The notes under the pieces are model-generated. The model did no database searches. It was not told the origin of the DNA and was given only the letters and a program-made list of their open reading frames with translations. Positions 1-8,300 of a stretch of 64,000 nt of DNA are shown piece after piece. This stretch comes from an uncultured Rhizobium sp. GTDB lineage: Bacteria > Pseudomonadota > Alphaproteobacteria > Micropepsales > Micropepsaceae. Position numbers and translations under genes: made by a program. Within the stretch, counting starts at the first letter, position 1, and each line of letters starts with the position of its first letter. The stretch is taken from contig CAYQZM010000207.1 of assembly GCA_964421935.1 (NCBI GenBank), positions 5,567-69,566 on the forward strand, in the 5' to 3' direction.

Positions 1-494
1 ACCCCGTGGCCGCCCTGGAAGAACTGCGGAAATGGTTCAGACCCGGCGACAACCGCTTCCAGTTTACCGGGGGGCGGCTACTGCACGCGACCTTTCAAGT
101 CTGCACCCCGGAACTGGCCGCCGCTGCGATGCAGGTTTGCAAGGCATGGAGTGACGATGACATCGAATTTTGCCTCGACGTGTTCGGTAACTATCGCGGT
201 GAGGAGCCGCTGCATGATGTCGCAAAGGCGCTGGTCATGGCTCTGCCGGAAGATGATCGGCGCCTAAGCCGTGTCGCCATCCTTCTGGAAAACACCGGCG
301 TCGTGATGGGCGAATATGGCATGGCCCAGGCCATGCACGAACGCAAGACGCTGATGACGAAATGGCTTGGGGACGACAACGGCAAGGTCAAAACATTTGC
401 CGAGCGCGCAATTCGCCATCTGGACAACCGTATTGCCACGGAGACGCGTGATGCTGACATGCAGAAGGAGCAGCGCAAGCGCAACTACGAGTAG
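1..494 (+). CDS. Hypothetical protein, C-terminal fragment (5' end outside window)
   Basis: ORF 6..494 stays open back to nt 1. Composition is protein-like (...LENTGVVMGEYGMAQAMHERK...KEQRKRNYE). No family motif recognised. Confidence 0.5.
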   Translation, partial: PVAALEELRKWFRPGDNRFQFTGGRLLHATFQVCTPELAAAAMQVCKAWSDDDIEFCLDVFGNYRGEEPLHDVAKALVMALPEDDRRLSRVAILLENTGVVMGEYGMAQAMHERKTLMTKWLGDDNGKVKTFAERAIRHLDNRIATETRDADMQKEQRKRNYE

Positions 495-526
495 CCCACG
501 CTATCGCTTTTGTCCGTCGCTGAAAG

Positions 527-1100
527 CTATGGGCGAGGCGTGCTGACGGCCAGCACCCGGTAAACGCTTGGCCGACCGACGCCGAGATTCTTCGCGATGG
601 CGCTACCTCCCCGTCGCGCGACTTCACTGGGATTAATTGATTTCGGCCCGTCCCTGCAGATGCCCTTGGCCTTTGGGCGGGCCTCTGCGTGGCGCTCCCA
701 ATGGAGAAGCCGCATTAGAAAGCGAATTCTCCTTATCCAAGAAGAGCCCGTATACCCCGTCATTCGCCGCCAATGGACGGCAGCTGATGTCCTCGCTGCC
801 ACGCTACCGAGGCCCGGTGACCACGGTGGAACACGCCTTCCTGGTTGGGCTGATATTGGACATCCGATGTCAACGGTGCGGTCGGTGTCACTCGGAATGG
901 GCGTACCTGTTCTGCATGAGAGCGCCTCAGGCGAGATCTGTACGGTTGCGCGAGCCAACGGGCGGATTTCACTGTCAGGGCTGCGAGCGGAACGTGACGG
1001 TCTATATCTCCACAAGGCGAGAGGGCGAGTTCTGATCGCACCTCCCCTGGCGATCGACGTTCGCAGTACTCCACCGAGAGGTGGACGTAGTTAGGCCAGA
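527..1100 (-). pseudogene. Degraded serine recombinase (resolvase/invertase) remnant
   Basis: The minus-strand frame ending at 527 encodes a resolvase-type C-terminal HTH (AKGICRDGPKSINPSEVARRGGSAIAKNLGVGRPSVYRVLA). Upstream, resolvase-like fragments lie in three different frames over ~570 nt, the size of a resolvase gene: IRPLARAT resembling DRLARST, RPFRV resembling GFRSL, PGRRV, and SRWSTAN resembling RVST. Confidence 0.4.
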
Positions 1101-1355
1101 ACTATCGTTGGGCGAGGCGTTCCTGACCGGGCTCTCGCCCCATGTCCGCTGCCTGCGCAGCGACCGAGTGGGCCGGTCAAGATCGAGCCATGTGGCTATG
1201 GCGCGAACTGGACCTTGAGACCTTGATCTGGACCAGGGGCGCGAAAACATGGTCGATTACGGCTACTGGCGACGAGTGCCCTTCACGATCACAGCCCGCG
1301 AGCAGGCAAAGCCGAAACCCTCCTAGCCCGCAAGACGCAAGCTAGCTCCGGCTCC

Positions 1356-1559
1356 TCAAAAATCGTTGGTGCTAGTCATGACGGCATCGCTATTTAGCCG
1401 CGCCTCGATGCTCTCTAGGTCTCGCAGATGCGCCCAGTAGGGCGCCCCGGCCCCCTGGCTCAATTCCGAACGGCATTTTTCCATATAGAGTTCGATCGCC
1501 TTCTGAAGGGCGATACATTCACCGTCATGCAAGGTCAACCTGTAGGCGTAAGTGGTCAT
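1356..1559 (-). CDS. Hypothetical small protein (67 aa)
   Basis: ATG start preceded by AGGAG (minus strand ...aaaggagatgtaacgATG). Non-repetitive sequence (MTTYAYRLTLHDGECIALQKAIELYMEK...). No family recognised. Confidence 0.45.
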   Translation of the reverse strand: MTTYAYRLTLHDGECIALQKAIELYMEKCRSELSQGAGAPYWAHLRDLESIEARLNSDAVMTSTNDF

Positions 1560-1595
1560 CGTTACATCTCCTTTCCAGCGTATTTGCGCGGTCCG

Positions 1596-1931
1596 CTAGC
1601 CCTTGCGAGGCGAAGGGCGGGACCATCCGCCGGGGCCTCGCTCATACGGACCCTCAAGCCTGTCATACTGGTCCTTGAGTGGCTGCAAGAACGCGATCCC
1701 GTACGCGCCCGAATTGTTATACATCTCGTCGAACGCGGGCTTGCCGCCGCCCAAGAACCGTTGAAAGAGATCAGCGGCCCGGCTTTCATCATACCCGTTG
1801 GCGTACAACCCTCGGCACAGAAGGCTGAAGCCCTGATTACTAAAGACACTTTGGATCTTGTTGGGCGCAACTCCCCGGCGATGAAGCTCATTCGCTACGT
1901 AGTTGGAAAAGAAGAGCTTCTTGAACATCAT
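1596..1931 (-). CDS. Hypothetical protein (111 aa)
   Basis: Directly upstream of and co-oriented with 1356..1559 (36-nt gap). Globular-looking composition (MMFKKLFFSNYVANELHRRGV...). No family recognised. Confidence 0.45.
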   Translation of the reverse strand: MMFKKLFFSNYVANELHRRGVAPNKIQSVFSNQGFSLLCRGLYANGYDESRAADLFQRFLGGGKPAFDEMYNNSGAYGIAFLQPLKDQYDRLEGPYERGPGGWSRPSPRKG

Positions 1932-2148
1932 TTCACCGAAGCGATGCCGGCCCCGAAGAGCAGTCAGCCTTCATCGAGACTAGCTGAGGTGGGGGGCCAT
2001 CACAATGACCCGACGGCCAGCGCGATAAGGCGTCGGCAACCCACAGCATCGTATGGCAACGAAAGGACGCTGGCGGATGCCGCTCCCACAGGGAGAATTG
2101 TTTGAGCCGGAACATTCCTCTCCACGAGCGAGCAAAGCCAAGGCCCTC

Positions 2149-2353
2149 ATGATCCGGGACATCGACATCATTCGAGCTGCGAAGCAGATCATCGACCAGT
2201 TCCCCGATGATCCGGTGATGGAAGCCGCTCAACCTGCGGATGCCGCTTACGAGTTGGGGGACATGTTCAACTTCGACCTCTGGACCCCGCATCACCCAAG
2301 CGGTGGGCGACCTGCTCCGCACAACAAGAAATCCGGACGAACCACTGAACTGA
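2149..2353 (+). pseudogene. Small conserved hypothetical protein, apparently frameshifted (+1 in a C-run)
   Basis: MIRDIDIIRAAKQIIDQFPDDPVMEAAQPADAAYELGDMFNFDLW, then the sensible continuation (T)RITQAVGDLLRTTRNPDEPLN-stop is in the +1 frame after cccc at 2285-2288. The pattern matches small alphaproteobacterial proteins I recall (..W..A..li.qhGddA...A..rAd.l...GD..g...W.rI..Ai.eL.r..P), but I cannot name the family. Confidence 0.4.
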
Positions 2354-2577
2354 GTGCCAGAGACGAAGTCCTAGAACAATCGCGCGCATAGGACCCGGGT
2401 CCAGCCAGTACCCGACCATGCCATGGCTTGCCCTTATGGGGTCCGGTGCGGTTGCGCACATCGTCCCAGCCGCGAGTCATCAATCCCTAGCGCATGGAGG
2501 CGCCAGCAACCCTAGGCTCGGAACGCCGCGAAGCGTCACCTGTTGAGTCGGAAAACAACAACTCACTGGGTAATGGC

Positions 2578-3470
2578 ATGGCATCCGCACGACGCAAAGA
2601 AGCGCCGCCAAAAGCGCGCGCCCTCAATATTCCCGGCCTAGCGACCAGACCAGCATGGCAGGGACACCTCCGGCTATCGCTCGTCAGTTGCGCGGTCGGG
2701 CTTTATACCGCGACTACAACCACGGGCGACATTTCCTTCAATCTGATCAACCCCGCCACTGGGAATCGCATCAAGATGATAACGACCGACCCCGATACGG
2801 GTCCGGTGCCAAGATCGAGCCTGGTCAAGGGTTATGAAATAGAGAAAAACAATTACGTTCTCTTCACCGAGGAAGAAATTCGGTCCGTCCGGCTCGAAAC
2901 AACCAATACGCTTGAGATCGAGCGTTTCGTTGATGCGGACACGATTGACCGTCTTTACTGGGATAGCCCCTACGTTCTGAGCCCGCTCGATGATGGCTCT
3001 GCTCAAGCGTATGCCGTCATCCAGGAAGCGATGCGCCGCACCAATCGGATCGGCCTTGGCCGGGTTGTGATGCACGGTCGAGAGCGCCTCATGGCGATTG
3101 AAGCGCGCGACGCGGGGCTACTGGCTACCTCTCTCAGGATGAGGGACGAGGTCCGGAACACTTCCGAGGCACTCACGAGGGTCCCTCATGGAAAGCCCGA
3201 CAACCAGATGATCGCCATTGCGGAGCAAATCATCGCCCAAAAGGAAGGCCCGTTCGATCCGTCGCAATTCACAGATAGGTATGAGGACGCGTTGCGCGAA
3301 CTCAAGAGAAGAAGCGTGGGCACAAGATTACTAAAGTGGCCGAGCCGGAGGATGTGGGTAATGTCGTCGATCTCATGGAGGCCCTGCGCAAGAGCCTAAA
3401 AGGCGAGGGCTCGCCGAGAGCCAAGCCGAAATCTCCCGCGACCGTGAGCCCGATCAAGAAAAAGAGGTAG
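2578..3470 (+). pseudogene. ku: Ku (NHEJ DNA-end-binding protein) with an apparent 1-nt deletion near the 3' end
   Basis: Ku core motifs are present: WQGHLRLSLVSCAVGLYTA, VKGYEIEKNNYVLFTEEEI, IERFVDADTIDRLYWDSPYVLSP, RIGLGRVVMHGRERL. The frame ends abnormally at 3399 (..ELKRRSVGTRLLKWPSRRMW..). The typical Ku tail KKRGHKITKVAEPEDVGNVVDLMEALRKSLKGEG...KKKR is encoded in the -1 frame from 3309 to stop 3468-3470. Start codon uncertain (ATG 2578 or 2494). Confidence 0.85.
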
Positions 3471-3474
3471 CGTC

Positions 3475-3660
3475 ATGGGCCAGCAACATCACAAGCTGTA
3501 CTTTCCCTATCTTCCTTCGGACCGTCAGGGCTACATCGATTTCTTCAGTGACAACAACACGAACAAGGAGCCAGTGATCTTGGAGGACGGCACCAGCGTC
3601 CAATTCCCCGCGGATTGGACGGATGAAGACGCCGACAAGTGGCGCAAGGGACGCAGCTAG
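3475..3660 (+). CDS. Small protein (61 aa) with C-terminal W-T-[DE]-E-x-A-x-[KR]-W-R-K motif
   Basis: ATG lies 4 nt after the shifted-frame Ku stop. The C-terminus VILEDGTSVQFPADWTDEDADKWRKGRS is paralogous to the C-terminus of ORF 14964..15212. Confidence 0.5.
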   Translation: MGQQHHKLYFPYLPSDRQGYIDFFSDNNTNKEPVILEDGTSVQFPADWTDEDADKWRKGRS

Positions 3661-3998
3661 AGCGCCCCAGCGGCTACCGAGCGGTTTCCATGGACATGGT
3701 CGGTCTGTTGACCAAGAATCGGGGTTCTTCCTTCCCGACATTAGACATGCGATGTCCGCTTTCGCACAGATGGCGACAGGGCAACTGTCAGGGCTCACTG
3801 CCGAGTCGGAAGCGCGATTAGTTGCAGAACTCAAGAAGCAAGCCGAGGGCCTGCGCAGCGCCGCCCGGAACCGATCTTGCGCAGGAAGACAAAACATGAC
3901 CTTCAAGCGAATGATCCGGCACCGAAAAGGCCGTTTCCCGGTTCTTCCCGAAAGAGTCGTGGAAAGCAGCCGCGAATAAGCTGACGGTTACCTTCGCT

Positions 3999-5306
3999 CT
4001 ATGGCAGTGAATTTCCGGGTTCCGCTCCGCCACCGCTTTGAGGCGAAACGAATTCACCATTCTCCTGATTTCTAATGAGAGTCAGCAGCCGAAGAAATTC
4101 TTCGTTCTTCGTATTGCTCTTCCACATATTCACAAACTGACACACAACCTGAATGTTGCCGGGCGCGTAGTGACCATCGCTGTCAATGCGATCTGGTGAC
4201 GGCAGAAGGTTCTTGTCTGAATCAAAGTCGCCATGAAAATGAAATGCTATCCCCGTGAGTGCACAACGGTCTCCCTGAATTTTCATTCGCTCACGCAGGT
4301 AAGCCTCAAGCTCCTGATCTGAGTCAAAGCCGAGATCCTTCACCTTCATCTGCATATTTCGGGTCACGATCTGACCACGCGACTGAGACACGGTATTCAG
4401 TATACTCAACCGCATGTTCGTTATCGAGCGTTCGCGCGCTCCTAGCACCCGTCCGTCGTCCCGCCCCTTTTGGGTAACCGTTTCCGCTCCCTCCGGCACG
4501 CGCTTGAGAAGCGTCGCGAATATCCAACAGAATGAATGCGCGTCCACAAGGCGGACATTCTTAAGGTCAGCGACTTCTTCGAGGGCTAGACGCACTTCAC
4601 CGAGGATTGCATTGAAGCGTTTGTAGTTGTCCCAGTTGCAATTTTTCAGAGAGGTGAACCGAACACCAAGTTCGGGGAAGACCCTGTCGAAGCCGGTCGG
4701 TTGGATCGGCATGAACCGGCTCATATCTTTGAGAAAATATAGGTACGCGGATAGCGTATATTTGCGCCCCGTGAGTTCGCTTAGTCTATCGAACAGTGCC
4801 CCTTCGTCGGTGTCGGTCCGATACAACTCGAACAAAGCATTTTCGATCGCGCGCCGCGAACCTTGATCCTGTTGGGCATCCAAAAGAGCGCGATGCTCGC
4901 GACTCAAATGGCCGTATCGGTTCTGCCAGAACACGAAATTGTTCGTGAGCCCGCCGGGACGGTTATCCTGAATCTCTATCGCAGCAATCGTTCGGTCCAG
5001 AATTCCACCCTTGCCAATCGTATTATGTTGCCAATTAGCCGCGTCTAGCTTGGATAGGGCAAGATCGCGCAATTTGGGCTTATAACCCTCCCAAACCGCC
5101 GCAAGACCTTCGTTAAGGCTGGTGAATTCGTGCCCACTGTAGATCGCTACAAGTTTCTGAAAGCGATTGAATGCCGTTCGGAAACCAGGTTCGTCCAGAG
5201 CCATCACGTCATTCCCTAAACCTAGATTGTCCCGAGAGCCCCGCTTTGGGACTACGGGCGCAAACACCTTTCTGGGTCTTGATGCCGCTTCCTTTGCACA
5301 CTCCAA
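3999..5306 (-). CDS. HNH-like (His-Me finger) nuclease-domain protein with large uncharacterised N-terminal domain
   Basis: The C-terminal ~70 aa are DRCALTGIAFHF...NLLPSPDRIDSDGHYAPGNIQVVCQFVNMWKSN, a C-x-x-T-G ... DRID ... GN-x-x-x-x-C-x-x-x-N-x-x-K pattern like HNH/His-Me finger variants. The N-terminal ~330 aa has no recognised family. Start uncertain: TTG 5306 or ATG 5204 with AGGGAA upstream. Immediately downstream of the helicase gene on the same strand. Confidence 0.7.
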   Translation of the reverse strand: MECAKEAASRPRKVFAPVVPKRGSRDNLGLGNDVMALDEPGFRTAFNRFQKLVAIYSGHEFTSLNEGLAAVWEGYKPKLRDLALSKLDAANWQHNTIGKGGILDRTIAAIEIQDNRPGGLTNNFVFWQNRYGHLSREHRALLDAQQDQGSRRAIENALFELYRTDTDEGALFDRLSELTGRKYTLSAYLYFLKDMSRFMPIQPTGFDRVFPELGVRFTSLKNCNWDNYKRFNAILGEVRLALEEVADLKNVRLVDAHSFCWIFATLLKRVPEGAETVTQKGRDDGRVLGARERSITNMRLSILNTVSQSRGQIVTRNMQMKVKDLGFDSDQELEAYLRERMKIQGDRCALTGIAFHFHGDFDSDKNLLPSPDRIDSDGHYAPGNIQVVCQFVNMWKSNTKNEEFLRLLTLIRNQENGEFVSPQSGGGAEPGNSLP

Positions 5307-5321
5307 AACTGGAATGTTTCG

Positions 5322-8300
5322 CTAGGCGTGCTGGTGCTCACCCTTTTTCTCAATGTTGAGGACCATCCATTTATGAACCTTGCCGTCAAACTCGAATTCG
5401 ACCTCGTCGTCCTCTTCCGCCCCGAGAAGAGCGACCCCGGAAGGATGTCGAACGGATATTATGCCGAGGCTCGGGTCGTGCCGATCCGCAGATAGCGTCA
5501 GCACCCTTACCCGATTGTCGTCGCTAACTTGGACCTGCACACGGCTTCCCACTTTAACCACGACAGCTTCCTCGGTCGGAAGGTGACTGTACGCCTCCGG
5601 TGCACGATCAGACGCATCTTTGCCGGGTCTACCGCCATCCTCCGTTGCGTCTTTCGCAACGGGATATTTGCGAAACTCTGTCCATACATTCGGCAACCGG
5701 TCATTTCCTATCGGTTCAATGCCCAACAAAGACAGGCTGCCGACCAAATCATCAATGCAACCCTCAGGATCAATTCTGTAGCTAGACCCCCAGCAGCGCC
5801 AGAAGCGCCAGCCGACGCGCTCCATCACTCGTTGGCGTGCCAAATCCTCGGCCCACTTCTCCGGGCCATGGTATTTGTCTCCATCAAGCTCGACCGCAAG
5901 CCGGCGATCCTCCCGACCTTCCACGACCAGATCAATCGAGTATGGCCCGACGCTGACCTGTGGCTGTGCACTGTATCCCAGCTTAATTAGGCGCGTGAGA
6001 ACGTCACGCTCAAAGGCCGAATCGCACAATGCCAGCAGATCGCCGGTCGGCTGCGAGCGGCCTGCCATAGCACTCTTGAAGTGGCGTAGCACTTTTGCCT
6101 TTAGATCGTCCGGCTTGAGCATTTCTTCCGTCACCGAACGGAAGAGATATTGGCGATCACGGGCGCGTGACAGCGCCACATTAAACCTTTGTTGAAGCGC
6201 CAACGCCGTTTTAGAGGTGCAGGTCTGAGGGCACTCAACCATGCTGAGAAGAACAATATCGCGCTCTTTCCCTTGGAAGATTGCGGAATCGCCACATGCA
6301 ATATCGTGGCGAACATATGCCTCCTCGCCGATCCGCTTTAGAAGCAAGGATTGAATGAGAGCGGCCTGTTTTGCGCCGATGAGCGAGATTATCCCTATGT
6401 TGCGGCCTGCCATCGCTGGATCGGCAACAATCCCTGCAACCTCATCAACAATCGCCTCCGCCTCGGCCAGATTCCGATTGCTCTTGTCCTTTTGGCCGTT
6501 GGTGACGTGAACATCGATTAGGGGCGGGGAAAGGCGTTCCGAAGCCTTCGGGAGGCGAACCGGCACGATTTCTTCCGTGTAAAATTGAAAGCTAAAGCGG
6601 ATGATCGGTTCGACACAACGGAAATGCTCCCGGAGCATGATGCGTCGGCCCGGAAAGCAAGCCAAGGCTAATTCATAGAGCGAATTGCCCGGAAGCATAA
6701 GCGCGCCGAAATGCTGACCATCGAGATAGTGCATTCTAAGGGAGCGAATTTTCTGCTCTTCGATGAAAGCCGCAGTGGGACTGACCTGCTTATCGTCGCC
6801 GACCACGAGTACCTTCTTCGCCCGTAAGATTGCCGGAAGAGCGCTAATATCGGATTGAGACGCTTCGTCAATAATGACGAGATCGAAGGAGCAAAGGGTC
6901 GAAGGCAGGCTCTCCGAGATGCGCCAACTTGGCATAATCCAGCATGGAACAGCGGCGTAGGAGGATTCCATAGCATCGCGGGCATCCCTCCGCAGACGCG
7001 AAGCGCTTTTTCCAGTGCCTTTGCCAATCTTGCGGATCGCCGTGAGAAACATCTGCAAGGCGGCATCAATTTTGCGGGTGATCCGAGCTTTAAGCGTCAA
7101 CAATGTCCTTAGGCGAACGACAGATTGGAAGAGACGATGTATCTCGTCGTCCGCAGCGAGTCTGTGTTGATCAAGTTCCCGCAGGCGGGCACGTCCATCA
7201 ATGGCGCGCAAGTGCGCGTCGGCTTGCGCCCATACCCATGCGCCCTGCCAATCCTCCGGTGTCCATGGATCATCCACTCCGGTGACAGGCATGGTGCGGA
7301 GTGCATTTCCCCAATGTGGCGCACCGGATTGAGAAACCACATCTGCTACATTTGCAACGGTTTCCAAAAGGGTCCGCAGACCGCGGATGCGATCAAGCTC
7401 CGCTAGGAGGGCTCGCCAGTTGTCGGAGATGACATTCGGGGAAAGGTCAGGCGATCCCACTTCACTGTTTAGGAACTCCTTCAAGTGGCGCGAAATGCGT
7501 CCGCTCCGAGTCTCCAACTGAGCCTTCGTATCATTGAGCTTCGCACGAGTAATCAGCAAGCGATGTCGTGAAATTTCCGAACGAATGGCATCGGCAGCTT
7601 CGAGGGCGGCTTTCTCGCTTTTTGTGACTTCTACGGCGTTTAGCCCAAAACGAAACAGACGGGGCGACTCCGTCAGCACCATTGGGATATGCAGCCGGAT
7701 CGCCTCGGCTATCAAGCTGACATTCTGGGCGTGCAATTGCAGGGCACGCGCTGCGTCATTGAACTCCGATGGAACGTCCGGAAGCGAAAACTCCGCGCGG
7801 AGAGCCCGCCACCGTGCCAACGTGTCTGACATATTTCGTTGCCAGACCAACACGTCTAGGACAGCCTTCCATTGAACCACCGACTGGGCGGGCACGCCAA
7901 GGATGCGTATTGAATTGAACGCAGCCCGCAATTCGGACTGACCCCAGCCGATCAAGCCAAACGGCTTTTGACCAGCACACGCCCGCTCGACCGCGGAAAC
8001 GAATTCCGGAATTGCGTATGCGCCTTCCGGAACTGAGACGCCATAGGATGTAATTTGGGTCCGCTGCCGTATGACCTCCCGCATCTCCGCAAAAAGTGTT
8101 GCCAAGGGGCGCACAGATTCCGCGTCCATCCCGTTGCGCTGCCACTCTGCTAATATGGTACCCAGCCACTTGTGCGCCGCGCATGATCCTTGGACTGCTG
8201 CCACCGCTTCCACGGCTGATAAAAGAGCACCTGCTCTCGCCAACGCATCGGCCTCGGACGATGACATGACCGGCGCGTTGGCGTCCCGGTCGCGCTCGAT

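Noticed and set aside
3454-3979. Overlapping ORFs 3454..3906 (-), 3623..3979 (+) and 3639..3821 (+) in the left junction of the cassette. I looked here for the missing LigD C-terminus.
   Set aside because: No frame shows LigD, transposase or other recognisable motifs, and the ORFs are mutually exclusive. The stretch MSAFAQMATGQLSGLTAESEARLVAELKKQAEGLRSAA (from ~3752) looks mildly protein-like, but I could not support a call.
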